Of a stretch of DNA of 64,000 nucleotides, positions 45,040 through 53,463 are shown piece by piece. The stretch is from positions 160,001 to 224,000 of the IMG/VR virus record IMGVR_UViG_3300045988_155520; one strand, written 5' to 3'. Each line of letters opens with the position of its first letter. Positions within the stretch are counted from its first letter, which is position 1. This DNA is from a virus. The notes below the pieces were generated by a model that was given only the letters and a program-made list of their open reading frames with translations, ran no database searches and had not been told where the DNA came from. Both the position numbers and the translations under genes were made by a program.

Positions 45040-45426
45040 ATTTTAGTTTTAATAAATCTATAGTAAAAAAAAAATGAAATATTAATATAGATACATAAAA
45101 AATGATGACCCTTCTGGAAAATATAAGAAAAAATTTTTTGGAAAATTTTTTTTGAAAGGGTATGGGTAAGAAAAAAGGCCCCATCATGGAAAACGGTGAA
45201 TTTTTTTGGAAAATTTTGGACGGAGAACCGTGGGCGTTCTCAAACACCCCCTTTTATGGCGGTGGGTAGGTGGGTTAAATAGGTGTCCCCCCCATAGGGT
45301 CTACCAATACTATATATTCAGTGAACAAATTAAAATTAAAGCATATTCTTTTTAATTCTAACCGCTTAATAAAATAAAATGATATAAGTTATCATATAAA
45401 TTATTTAAAGTCCTTACAGACGAAAT

Positions 45427-45463
45427 AAAAGGGGTACAGACAAATCAAACAAGTACCCCTTTT
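45427..45463 (-). terminator. Rho-independent terminator ending the leftward arm
   Basis: AAAAGGGGTAC-N15-GTACCCCTTTT. Confidence 0.75.
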
Positions 45464-45473
45464 CTCTATCATG

Positions 45474-45815
45474 CTACAATTTTTTATTTCTAATAACCCA
45501 GTCCGTTTTAATCCACTTTTTTAATGTATTAACCAACATCTTTCTTAATTGTGAAAGATTTTTACACCTCAAATATTTTGGTTCACACTCAATAACCTCA
45601 AATTTATCAAACGCCCTGCATAAACCTTTTTCAAGTAGTTTATTATGAAAGGTTGTTAATTCTTTTTTTTCCTCAACTGATAATATTTCAGACAGCATAA
45701 TAAAACCGACCCCCGAAAACAAATCTATATTATAGATTTTTAAAGTAAAGTTCTCATCAAATTCTAATTTGAGAACACATTTAAAAGTATATTCGCCTAC
45801 TTGTTTAATTTCCAT
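45474..45815 (-). CDS. Hypothetical protein (113 aa)
   Basis: ORF track; last gene of the leftward array. Confidence 0.6.
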   Translation of the reverse strand: MEIKQVGEYTFKCVLKLEFDENFTLKIYNIDLFSGVGFIMLSEILSVEEKKELTTFHNKLLEKGLCRAFDKFEVIECEPKYLRCKNLSQLRKMLVNTLKKWIKTDWVIRNKKL

Positions 45816-45835
45816 AGTCCAATATATTTAGTTAG

Positions 45836-46078
45836 TTACTTTACTTCAATTCCATATACGTAATACATATCGTATTCGCCCGAATTAATGTTTTCAAATA
45901 CTACTTTATAGTCGGTGGTTGTAACTTTAATATCCTTAGTAATTTTATCTTTGTGCTTTTGCACACACTCGTTCCAATATTTTTTAGCGTCCTCCTCCTT
46001 TTGGAAAAGTTCTAAAATCTTATCATACTCGCAATAATTGTTATGAGTAGTAAACCAAACACCATATACTTTATTCAT
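45836..46078 (-). CDS. Hypothetical protein (80 aa)
   Basis: ORF track; class III leader and -7 box upstream. Confidence 0.6.
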   Translation of the reverse strand: MNKVYGVWFTTHNNYCEYDKILELFQKEEDAKKYWNECVQKHKDKITKDIKVTTTDYKVVFENINSGEYDMYYVYGIEVK

Positions 46079-46090
46079 AATTCAATGATT

Positions 46091-46134
46091 TAATTTAACC
46101 GATACTTGAAATAGGGTGGTCGGTTGTTAACCCC
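46091..46134 (-). promoter_or_regulatory. Class III conserved leader, copy 1
   Basis: Plus strand TAATTTAACCGATACTTGAAATAGGGTGGTCGGTTGTTAACCCC, containing AACCGA/TCGGTT arms. Confidence 0.5.
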
Positions 46135-46154
46135 TTTATTATTGATTGACGATG

Positions 46155-46162
46155 CAAAGATA
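46155..46162 (-). promoter_or_regulatory. -7 box
   Basis: Sense TATCTTTG, about 77 nt upstream of ATG 46078. Confidence 0.6.
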
Positions 46163-46239
46163 AGCAATTAATTTTAAACTACCAAATGTTTTATTAAAAA
46201 TATTCATAGCGTTAACTTTTATTAACAATTAAGTATTAT

Positions 46240-46270
46240 TCCTTCGTGTGTGCGTATATATAATATTATA
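46240..46270 (-). repeat. Alternating purine-pyrimidine element, copy E (inverted orientation)
   Basis: TCCTTCGTGTGTGCGTATATATAATATTATA. 18 nt of perfect R/Y alternation at 46245..46262. Confidence 0.8.
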
Positions 46271-46398
46271 ACAATAAAGTAAATTACGCTATTAGTTCAT
46301 TTATTTGCGTTCTAATACGTTTAATTAAAGAAATACTGTAATTATAGGTTTGTTTGAATAAAACCGCTTAAAAGTGAAATAAACCATATATAAACAAT

Positions 46399-46429
46399 AA
46401 AGGTAGTACCCTAAATTGATACTACCTTT
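46399..46429 (-). terminator. Rho-independent terminator
   Basis: AAAGGTAGTA-N11-TACTACCTTT. Confidence 0.75.
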
Positions 46430-46436
46430 CAAGTAT

Positions 46437-47015
46437 TTACTTTGTCAACATATCCCACAACATTTTTAGGTCGTGCGTTTTACCTATTTGCACAATGTTC
46501 TGTAGTTTATATGTAACAACCTTCGTTTGCTCCTCCATTTCAAGTCCTGCCTCCGTTTGTTTTGCATTGTCTTTTTTAGGTGCGGTATAAATCCAACTTT
46601 CAATGTCCGCACGTGTTGTGTCGTCTGTGACCACTTTGCCGTCTAATACAAAGACGTTTTCAAAAGTGGTTTTGTCTGAAGGGCGGTAATTCATTGTTAA
46701 ATAAAATTGTTCACTATCTTTGTCAGACTGAAGAATATAAGGGTACATACCTTCTACAAATTTCATTCCTTTTCGGGGTGCTGCTTTGTAGTCAGTATCA
46801 AGTCCCTTCTTTTCCAAAGTAGCGTTTACACTATTTACATAACTACCAAAACGGCAATTTGTTATTAGTGTCATTTTCTCTACCCTTCCCACGAAAGGAC
46901 AACTTTTACCTCCTCTAAATTTTGGTTCCGACTTTACAACCATTGCAGCACCAAACTTTGTGCTAATAGTCTTAACTAAATTGTAAACGCTTTCGATGTT
47001 TGTTGTATTATTCAT
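46437..47015 (-). CDS. Hypothetical protein (192 aa)
   Basis: ORF track. Confidence 0.7.
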   Translation of the reverse strand: MNNTTNIESVYNLVKTISTKFGAAMVVKSEPKFRGGKSCPFVGRVEKMTLITNCRFGSYVNSVNATLEKKGLDTDYKAAPRKGMKFVEGMYPYILQSDKDSEQFYLTMNYRPSDKTTFENVFVLDGKVVTDDTTRADIESWIYTAPKKDNAKQTEAGLEMEEQTKVVTYKLQNIVQIGKTHDLKMLWDMLTK

Positions 47016-47030
47016 AATTCAATGATAATT

Positions 47031-47071
47031 AATTTAACGGACATTTTATTTAGGTAGTCTGTTGTTATACC
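47031..47071 (-). promoter_or_regulatory. Class III conserved leader, copy 2
   Basis: AATTTAACGGACATTTTATTTAGGTAGTCTGTTGTTATACC. Confidence 0.45.
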
Positions 47072-47092
47072 TTTTGTTATTGATTGACATTG

Positions 47093-47100
47093 CAAAGATA
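47093..47100 (-). promoter_or_regulatory. -7 box
   Basis: Sense TATCTTTG, about 78 nt upstream of ATG 47015. Confidence 0.6.
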
Positions 47101-47173
47101 GGCAATTAATTTGAGTTATGCAAATAAAATAAAGTATTTAACATTATTTTAACAATAAAAACTACTCTTTGTT

Positions 47174-47395
47174 TTAATATCTATTGTGTCCATAATTCTT
47201 TTCCACGTAATGTTCACCGATTTTATTATAGATGTCTTCAATGTGGATAAGTATTAGACACACGAAATAGACACCTAAAAGAATAAACCACGCTGAAATA
47301 TTTTGACAGCCACTAAGAAGTAAGTAAGCGTTTACAATATACATTAATATTGTTGACAAACATACCAAGCCATATTGTATAAAAATTTTATTCAT
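47174..47395 (-). CDS. Small membrane protein (73 aa)
   Basis: ORF track; two hydrophobic spans. Confidence 0.6.
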   Translation of the reverse strand: MNKIFIQYGLVCLSTILMYIVNAYLLLSGCQNISAWFILLGVYFVCLILIHIEDIYNKIGEHYVEKNYGHNRY

Positions 47396-47410
47396 AATTC
47401 AATATCTTTA

Positions 47411-47453
47411 AATTTAACCAACTCTTTAATTAGGGTGGTCGGTTGTTTAACCC
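47411..47453 (-). promoter_or_regulatory. Class III conserved leader, copy 3 (no -7 box of its own)
   Basis: AATTTAACCAACTCTTTAATTAGGGTGGTCGGTTGTTTAACCC. Confidence 0.45.
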
Positions 47454-47457
47454 TTTG

Positions 47458-47601
47458 TTATTTATTTATCAAATAGACACCTAAAAACATAAAGCAATAT
47501 GAAATCATTTTCCAATCACTCAAAGTTGAGTAAGTGTGTGCAACATGAAGTAATATTATTAACAATAATATTAAACCAATCAGTATTATATTTCTTTTCA
47601 T
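47458..47601 (-). CDS. Small membrane peptide (47 aa), partial paralog of 47174..47395
   Basis: Below the track cutoff. My translation: MKRNIILIGLILLLIILLHVAHTYSTLSDWKMISYCFMFLGVYLINK. Shares the DNA block AAATAGACACCTAAAA with the neighbouring gene. Confidence 0.45.
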   Translation of the reverse strand: MKRNIILIGLILLLIILLHVAHTYSTLSDWKMISYCFMFLGVYLINK

Positions 47602-47627
47602 AATTCAATGTTTTTAAAAAATTTTGT

Positions 47628-47639
47628 GGGACTATTCTT
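47628..47639 (-). promoter_or_regulatory. Class II leader element (degenerate)
   Basis: GGGACTATTCTT within TTGTGGGACTATTCTTATTTG. Confidence 0.4.
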
Positions 47640-47654
47640 ATTTGATTGATGTTG

Positions 47655-47662
47655 CAAAGTTA
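47655..47662 (-). promoter_or_regulatory. -7 box
   Basis: Sense TAACTTTG, about 54 nt upstream of ATG 47601. Confidence 0.55.
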
Positions 47663-47768
47663 AGCAATTTATTTCATTCCACAAAATTATTATAGTTAAT
47701 TAAAGTTAACGCACGTATTTTACTTGTACTTATATAAGTCAGTGTTTGGATATTGATTTGGTTTATAT

Positions 47769-47800
47769 GTCTTATACGTGTGTATATATAATATATATAT
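47769..47800 (-). repeat. Alternating purine-pyrimidine element, copy F (degenerate, inverted orientation)
   Basis: GTCTTATACGTGTGTATATATAATATATATAT. R/Y alternation at 47773..47790. Confidence 0.6.
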
Positions 47801-47811
47801 AATATAATAAC

Positions 47812-47843
47812 AAAGGGACAGCAATATAAATTACTATCCCTTT
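47812..47843 (-). terminator. Rho-independent terminator
   Basis: AAAGGGA-N18-TCCCTTT. Confidence 0.6.
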
Positions 47844-47870
47844 TATACAAGTTATCTATGTGTTTGTTTA

Positions 47871-48182
47871 TTAATACTCTTGTTCCTCAAAGTAGTCAAT
47901 AATCTCATCAATATTATCATTAATGGTTAACATAACATCGCCTGCTGTACCGCTAATTACATTTCCGTTTCTGTCATATTTAAAGAAACTATCGTATGGG
48001 TTAAACTTTCCGCTTGCGAGTTTGCGTGCAATTTCAAATGGTGGGTAGTCTGCAAAATGATTATCAAAGTCGCTCATTGCATACCATTTGTTTGGTGACT
48101 CTACAGCATCCCAATACTCTTCGGCATATTGAAATTTCTCTACTGGTGATAAAGTTTCCCACTTTTCATATAAATTTTCCAT
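47871..48182 (-). CDS. Hypothetical protein (103 aa), paralog pair with 48296..48604
   Basis: MENLYEKWETLSPVEKFQYAEEYW versus MERLYRIWKTLSPIDKFFYAQEYW. Confidence 0.7.
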   Translation of the reverse strand: MENLYEKWETLSPVEKFQYAEEYWDAVESPNKWYAMSDFDNHFADYPPFEIARKLASGKFNPYDSFFKYDRNGNVISGTAGDVMLTINDNIDEIIDYFEEQEY

Positions 48183-48295
48183 ATCTATATTTTACTTTTT
48201 ATTATGTATTTATTTGCTTTAAAAGTTGATTTAATCTTATATAATTATCATACACAATCTATTTGTACTTAATTAAGTATAGATGTAATAATAAT

Positions 48296-48604
48296 TTATA
48301 ATTCGTTTGCGTTATATTCTATAATGTTATCAATATCGGAATTAATATCCTTCATGACATCTTCTGCGTTTCCGCTAACTAAAAGATGATGTTCATTGTA
48401 TCTAAAGAAACTATCTCTTATATCAAACTCTCTTGGTTGTATTATGCTTAAAACATCAATAGGTTTGTAACCTTTTAACTTTGTATCTATTTCATTCATT
48501 CCATACCACATTTTTGGTGAGTTAACACTCTTCCAATACTCTTGTGCGTAAAAGAATTTATCTATAGGTGATAATGTCTTCCAAATTCTATATAAACGTT
48601 CCAT
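48296..48604 (-). CDS. Hypothetical protein (102 aa), paralog of 47871..48182
   Basis: ORF track plus paralogy. Confidence 0.7.
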   Translation of the reverse strand: MERLYRIWKTLSPIDKFFYAQEYWKSVNSPKMWYGMNEIDTKLKGYKPIDVLSIIQPREFDIRDSFFRYNEHHLLVSGNAEDVMKDINSDIDNIIEYNANEL

Positions 48605-48675
48605 ATATTATTAATTGTATATTTTATCTATTCTATTTAATAAATATGTTTATTTAGAATAAAAATAACTCCCTA

Positions 48676-48939
48676 TTAATAGAGAGTTATCTTCTTTATT
48701 TCAATTTTACTATACTCATCGCTATCTATTACATTAATATAAATTGCGTGTTCATTCTCATCTACAAAAATGTCGTCTATAGGAAACTCGTTTTCAAAGT
48801 AAGACATATCTTCTTTGATAAGTTCCTTCATTTTCTTTTTAGCGTCTTCCTCGTTGCTATACGCTGCAATAGTAGCATAGTATGTTTCTCCACACATTTG
48901 TGTTTCCTGTGTAACGATAAAAATATTCTTTCCTTCCAT
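48676..48939 (-). CDS. Hypothetical protein (87 aa)
   Basis: ORF track. Weak similarity to 48978..49256 and 45836..46078 (..EEDAKKKMKE.. pattern). Confidence 0.6.
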   Translation of the reverse strand: MEGKNIFIVTQETQMCGETYYATIAAYSNEEDAKKKMKELIKEDMSYFENEFPIDDIFVDENEHAIYINVIDSDEYSKIEIKKITLY

Positions 48940-48977
48940 AATTATTCTTTGTTTTTATTTGTTAATAAATTTATCTG

Positions 48978-49256
48978 TTACTTTTCCCACTTATCAAGTA
49001 TTGTTTCGGTAATTCTCAATGTTGTGTGAACACTATTCTGAACTTCTGAAATGTGCATTATATCATCACTCTTTGTAATTATATAATCATTTTTATTCAT
49101 TTTGGAATATTCACTCTCGTAAATAGTTTCAAATGTTTCCTTCATTGCTTGTTTAGCACTTCTTTCACTACTAAATGTGCCAAGTACTAATACATCATTA
49201 GTAAACTTAACTTTTTCCTCCAACGTTAAAACGTACACTTTCTTAATTTGTTTCAT
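48978..49256 (-). CDS. Hypothetical protein (92 aa)
   Basis: ORF track. Confidence 0.6.
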   Translation of the reverse strand: MKQIKKVYVLTLEEKVKFTNDVLVLGTFSSERSAKQAMKETFETIYESEYSKMNKNDYIITKSDDIMHISEVQNSVHTTLRITETILDKWEK

Positions 49257-49286
49257 AATTCTTATTTGTTTTCTGATTTACATTTG

Positions 49287-49294
49287 CAAAGTTA
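49287..49294 (-). promoter_or_regulatory. -7 box
   Basis: Sense TAACTTTG, about 31 nt upstream of ATG 49256. Confidence 0.55.
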
Positions 49295-49364
49295 AGGATA
49301 ATAATTGATATTACCAAATTATATTTGACTGAATATGTATTATTCTTTTTCATAACCCTATATA

Positions 49365-49949
49365 TTAACTGAAATAAAGTAAATCAAAGAAGAATGTAAT
49401 CAAATCTTCCTTCTTCATATCTTTAATCTCAATCTTTATTTTATCATCTTCTTTCTCTCCCAATCGGACAAAATATAATTCTGTAGGTTTATTTACCAAA
49501 CTGAAATAACGTCCGCTTAATACACTTATATCGTCCGTGTGTTTAATTAATTCTTTTGTAAACTTGAAGATAATACGTTTAACATCGTCCTCCGTGTACT
49601 TATCATATCCTATAAAGAAAGATAAACTACACATGATACTATTTTTGGTTTTCTCGTCCAATTCGTGTGTAATCTCTTTAATTGCAATATTATTCCTAAA
49701 GGACCAACCATATAACCGAGCAAATACATACTCATTGTAATTCTCTCTTGCAATGACACGATTGTATTTATAATCATAATCAAAGCATATAGCAATCATA
49801 TTCCTATCTTTATCTGAAACATAAAAGCGTTTCATATTGTAGGCAAGTTTAATTACATTTACTTTGTAATTAACGTTCTCCAAAAATCCTTCAAAGTTAT
49901 TGTCTTTAATAACTTTATCCAAGATAGAATTTAAATTAGGACTTGTCAT
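49365..49949 (-). CDS. Hypothetical protein (194 aa)
   Basis: ORF track. Confidence 0.7.
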   Translation of the reverse strand: MTSPNLNSILDKVIKDNNFEGFLENVNYKVNVIKLAYNMKRFYVSDKDRNMIAICFDYDYKYNRVIARENYNEYVFARLYGWSFRNNIAIKEITHELDEKTKNSIMCSLSFFIGYDKYTEDDVKRIIFKFTKELIKHTDDISVLSGRYFSLVNKPTELYFVRLGEKEDDKIKIEIKDMKKEDLITFFFDLLYFS

Positions 49950-49974
49950 AATTACTTGTTTTTATTTGTTCTGT

Positions 49975-49986
49975 AGGACTATTCCT
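49975..49986 (-). promoter_or_regulatory. Class II leader element (degenerate)
   Basis: AGGACTATTCCT within CTGTAGGACTATTCCTTTATTGTTT. Confidence 0.4.
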
Positions 49987-50002
49987 TTATTGTTTACGTA
50001 TG

Positions 50003-50010
50003 CAAAGGTA
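50003..50010 (-). promoter_or_regulatory. -7 box
   Basis: Sense TACCTTTG, about 54 nt upstream of ATG 49949. Confidence 0.55.
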
Positions 50011-50058
50011 AGTAATTTATTTCAATTAACCAAATTATTTATGTTAATAAAAACAAAA

Positions 50059-50091
50059 AACCATAACTACTTATCTCAAGCGGTTATGGTT
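50059..50091 (-). terminator. Rho-independent terminator
   Basis: AACCATAAC-N15-GTTATGGTT. Confidence 0.7.
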
Positions 50092-50143
50092 TGACTAAAC
50101 AATTTAATAACTAAATTAATATTAACTACAAAACTTATCTATA

Positions 50144-50398
50144 CTAATCTATATTTGAGATTGAATGCCAGCCATTTTCTGTTTGTTTCCACGCAACTTC
50201 GAACTTTTCCTTCTTATCTCCAAAAGCAAGTTTAAGCACTGATACATCATTTCCAACGTCCGTTAGTGTTATCTCTGTTGCAAGTCCTCCTAACGTTTCA
50301 TTCACTCGTTCAGAAAGGATTTCTCGCTTTCTGAACTTTGCAGGTTTCCAATTCTTTAATAAGTTGGACTTTATTACATCTCTAAATGTATTACTCAT
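50144..50398 (-). CDS. Hypothetical protein (84 aa)
   Basis: ORF track. Confidence 0.6.
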   Translation of the reverse strand: MSNTFRDVIKSNLLKNWKPAKFRKREILSERVNETLGGLATEITLTDVGNDVSVLKLAFGDKKEKFEVAWKQTENGWHSISNID

Positions 50399-50409
50399 AA
50401 CCTTATATC

Positions 50410-50955
50410 TTACAAGTGAAAATTTGGTTTAATACGCTTATATGTATTCTCGTTTGGACACTTGTTACTTGATACAACAACGTCCGTTGCCCATGAGCTG
50501 ATAAATTTCAGTTCCCCTTCGTTAGGGTTGTAATCGTGGCACTTATCATAACTCAACTTGGTAAGGATAGGTAGTGGGTGCACAATCATATCCTTAACAT
50601 TTGGACAATCTTCAATGTCGACAAATTCCTTCTTTGTCTTATTGATAAAGTAACGGTACTCATTTGCTTTCAAGTCCTTTACATTCTCGTCAGTATTATT
50701 GATACGTGCAATATCCCAATGGTTATATTTTCCGTCTACCTCGTCCGCATAGTCACCTGCCCATACCATAGGATAACCTTTATACTTTCCGTCCTCATCA
50801 TTAATAAGAGTAGCAAAGGTATTAACAAATATATTACCCACGTAAGAATGTTCCATTAACTTGGAACCGCAGTTTAAGTCATGTGAGTGCAATGATGCAA
50901 TTACTTTTTTACTATCTTTTTTGTCAATAATGATAGGTTTAAAATATTGTCCCAT
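50410..50955 (-). CDS. Hypothetical protein (181 aa)
   Basis: ORF track. Confidence 0.7.
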   Translation of the reverse strand: MGQYFKPIIIDKKDSKKVIASLHSHDLNCGSKLMEHSYVGNIFVNTFATLINDEDGKYKGYPMVWAGDYADEVDGKYNHWDIARINNTDENVKDLKANEYRYFINKTKKEFVDIEDCPNVKDMIVHPLPILTKLSYDKCHDYNPNEGELKFISSWATDVVVSSNKCPNENTYKRIKPNFHL

Positions 50956-50992
50956 AATTCTTAAATGTTTTGTTTGTTTTTAAATGATAGTG

Positions 50993-51000
50993 CAAAGATA
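50993..51000 (-). promoter_or_regulatory. -7 box
   Basis: Sense TATCTTTG, about 38 nt upstream of ATG 50955. Confidence 0.6.
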
Positions 51001-51037
51001 AGCAATTATCATTACACTACCAAATAATTTTGTCTGT

Positions 51038-51376
51038 TTAACTTTTATTTAACATATTGCGGTACTTTGGATTTCCATAAAACAAAGCAATATGATAATA
51101 ATCAACCACACCACACATCCCTTCAATTCCCTTAATATCTTTTTCGGAAAGGTCTATTTTACGTGGATATTCCAAGATAATACTATCTTTGTCCGTCTTA
51201 GTTTCGGGAACTCCATTTACAATATTTACCTCCTCTGCAATTCCGTCTTTAAACAACATTTTGAACTCGTGTTCAGTACGTGGGTTTTTGTCATTAAAGA
51301 AAGGACCATATCCCATATTGATAAGAGTTTCGTCACAAATATAGATAGTGTCCCAATAACTTTCTAATACTTCCAT
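51038..51376 (-). CDS. Hypothetical protein (112 aa)
   Basis: ORF track. Confidence 0.65.
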   Translation of the reverse strand: MEVLESYWDTIYICDETLINMGYGPFFNDKNPRTEHEFKMLFKDGIAEEVNIVNGVPETKTDKDSIILEYPRKIDLSEKDIKGIEGMCGVVDYYHIALFYGNPKYRNMLNKS

Positions 51377-51391
51377 AATGCTTATTATTTA

Positions 51392-51688
51392 TTATAAAGA
51401 TGTTTCAAGTATAGCATTATAAACATTCATTTGACTAATACTATCGCATTTTTCGATAGATGTTTGTTCCCATTCATTCATACTATCATCTGTCATTAAG
51501 TCAACACAAATGTCATTACCAACAACAAAGGCTCTTATAACGGGATAATATTCTTTATCGCTTTCAATATAAGCCATAGCAGGAATATTCTCAACAAGTG
51601 CATATCCGTCTTCGTCAATAAAGCGCACTTCTTGTAAATCGTTATTTTTAAAAAAACGTATTACTCTTTGTTTAATTTCATTGTTCAT
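51392..51688 (-). CDS. Hypothetical protein (98 aa), paralog of 56061..56375
   Basis: RVIRFFKNNDLQEVRFIDEDGYALVENIP versus HAISLMKANDIKELTFISNEGEWLIEDVP. Confidence 0.65.
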   Translation of the reverse strand: MNNEIKQRVIRFFKNNDLQEVRFIDEDGYALVENIPAMAYIESDKEYYPVIRAFVVGNDICVDLMTDDSMNEWEQTSIEKCDSISQMNVYNAILETSL

Positions 51689-51731
51689 AATTCTTAATGT
51701 TTTTAATTTGTTTGTTATTGAAATACATCTG

Positions 51732-51739
51732 CAAATTTA
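51732..51739 (-). promoter_or_regulatory. -7 box abutting a stem-loop
   Basis: Sense TAAATTTG, about 44 nt upstream of ATG 51688. Confidence 0.5.
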
Positions 51740-51774
51740 ACAAGGAAAATTTATATATTTGGATTTTCCTTGTT
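51739..51774 (-). terminator. 12-bp stem-loop immediately upstream of the -7 box
   Basis: AACAAGGAAAAT-N12-ATTTTCCTTGTT. Confidence 0.7.
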
Positions 51775-51788
51775 AAATTATGTTTAGT

Positions 51789-52502
51789 TTAAGAATATAA
51801 TTTTTCTACAAATTCTATTACGTTTTTATAGAAGTTATAATATTTCTCACCACGTAATTTTGCAAAATCTAAAATTTCGTCCTTTGTTCCGTTGATAAAG
51901 AGCGTGGACCATTGATTATTAGAACGTGTATAAACAAAAGTGTGACCACCTTCCCAATTTTCATGACCTACATAGTAGTCAGCAGGTGACATTATTTTTG
52001 CATCACTAATAAAGCGTACAAAATCGTATATATAAGCGTCACCACAAACAATTGCATTATCTCTCACCAAGCAAGTACCTATTAAATTTGCATTGTCACA
52101 AACTTGTGCATTATCTAATAGAAGGGAATTACCATACACTTGTGCGTTATCCTTAACAATAGAACAACCTTCCATACGTGCGTTATTAAACACACGTGCG
52201 TTATCTTTAACTTTAGAATGTCCTCTTACTTGTGCATTACCAAATACCACTGCATTGCCACAAACTTGTGCAAAGCCGTCTATTATACCATTACCAAATA
52301 CCTTTGCATTGTCGTAAACTTTTCCGTCCAAGAATATCCAACAATTGCCTTCTTGTGAAAGATTATCTTCTTTCTCAATAAAACCACCTATACTACCCTT
52401 CTTGACATTTCCAAAGTCTTTAAGAGCCTCAACTCGATAAAGTTTGTGTCCGTCAAATGTATAACTTAAATCTTTTCTGATTTTATATTTCTTTGTTTCC
52501 AT
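51789..52502 (-). CDS. Left-handed-beta-helix-like repeat protein (237 aa), paralog of 61385..62119
   Basis: Hexapeptide-like repeats VFGNAQVRGHSKVKDNARVFNNARMEG... Confidence 0.7.
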   Translation of the reverse strand: METKKYKIRKDLSYTFDGHKLYRVEALKDFGNVKKGSIGGFIEKEDNLSQEGNCWIFLDGKVYDNAKVFGNGIIDGFAQVCGNAVVFGNAQVRGHSKVKDNARVFNNARMEGCSIVKDNAQVYGNSLLLDNAQVCDNANLIGTCLVRDNAIVCGDAYIYDFVRFISDAKIMSPADYYVGHENWEGGHTFVYTRSNNQWSTLFINGTKDEILDFAKLRGEKYYNFYKNVIEFVEKLYS

Positions 52503-52532
52503 AATTCTAATTTGTTTATTAATTTATGATTG

Positions 52533-52540
52533 CAAAGTTA
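52533..52540 (-). promoter_or_regulatory. -7 box
   Basis: Sense TAACTTTG, about 31 nt upstream of ATG 52502. Confidence 0.55.
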
Positions 52541-52613
52541 AATAATTAATTTCAATCTACCAAAGAAAATTACTAATTTAACATATAATTAACATTAAGT
52601 GCCTTTTGTGTAT

Positions 52614-52646
52614 TATATATAATATATTACGCATACACATGAAGGA
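52614..52646 (+). repeat. Alternating purine-pyrimidine element, copy A
   Basis: TATATATAATATATTACGCATACACATGAAGGA. Confidence 0.8.
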
Positions 52647-52761
52647 AAAAATAAACTTATTCTAAAGCGTTCTAACCGCTTATTTTAGTGTTTATCTTAT
52701 AAGTTATCAAGTTTATATATCCAAGTCGTCAGAAACGAAATAAAGTGACAATAAATAGAAA

Positions 52762-52792
52762 AGTGGTACTACTTATCCCAAGCAATACCACT
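52762..52792 (-). terminator. Rho-independent terminator
   Basis: AGTGGTA-N17-TACCACT, followed by a T-rich run on the minus strand. Confidence 0.6.
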
Positions 52793-52825
52793 ATTAGCAT
52801 AAAAACAATTTATATTTAATAAGAT

Positions 52826-53347
52826 TTATTTCTTGTCATCAATTCCATAAACCTTCTTTACAAAAGGACGGATACTCTTTGTAGCCTTCTTAAATTGCTT
52901 TAGGTTCATTCCTCCGCACGCAATTTTGTTCATAATGTCATAGGCTCTCTTTTCAGTGTCCACGTATCTATACAATACGTTGTTTGTTCCGTCATGATGT
53001 ACACCCCTAAATCGTACATTCCACTCGTCCAAGTACCACTCGCACTCATCACATGATGTGTTCTGTAGAATGTCTGAAATGTCGTTGTACACCTTTGATG
53101 CAACACGTACACCATTCCATAGTCCAAGTTCTGCAAACGCTACTACATACCCCTTAAAATTAGTATATTTTTCAGAAAGATTATCTCTTTCGTCATCAAT
53201 GTACATATTATTTGTTTCGTCAATAACTCTCATTACGTTATTGTCTGAAAGGTCATTGAAGTTTTGTTCACGCATATATTCACGTGTTTCCTTCATTGTT
53301 TCCTCATCATAGAGGTCAATGTTTGTCCAAATTAAGCAACGTTTCAT
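52826..53347 (-). CDS. Hypothetical protein (173 aa)
   Basis: ORF track. Confidence 0.7.
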   Translation of the reverse strand: MKRCLIWTNIDLYDEETMKETREYMREQNFNDLSDNNVMRVIDETNNMYIDDERDNLSEKYTNFKGYVVAFAELGLWNGVRVASKVYNDISDILQNTSCDECEWYLDEWNVRFRGVHHDGTNNVLYRYVDTEKRAYDIMNKIACGGMNLKQFKKATKSIRPFVKKVYGIDDKK

Positions 53348-53374
53348 AATTCTAATTGTTTTAATTAAATTGTG

Positions 53375-53390
53375 TCAGCAATATCACTGA
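53375..53390. promoter_or_regulatory. Class I leader near-palindrome
   Basis: TCAGCAATATCACTGA, between the -7 box and the ATG. Confidence 0.5.
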
Positions 53391-53400
53391 TTTACATTTG

Positions 53401-53408
53401 CAAAAGTA
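53401..53408 (-). promoter_or_regulatory. -7 box
   Basis: Sense TACTTTTG, about 54 nt upstream of ATG 53347. Confidence 0.55.
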
Positions 53409-53463
53409 CGTATTTATTTTGACTTGTGCAAATTTTTAATATTTATAAATGTTAATCGAATTA

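Noticed and set aside
45038-45262. ORFs in the GC-rich island: track ORF 45038..45247(-), and a plus-strand frame from ATG 45102 (MMTLLENIRKNFLENFF-TGA-KGMGKKKGPIMENGEFFWKILDGEPWAFSNTPFYGGG)
   Set aside because: Both are built from homopolymers and the repeated TTTTTTGGAAAATTTT unit. They lack the promoter and start context seen at real genes here, and the plus frame needs TGA readthrough. Not called as coding.
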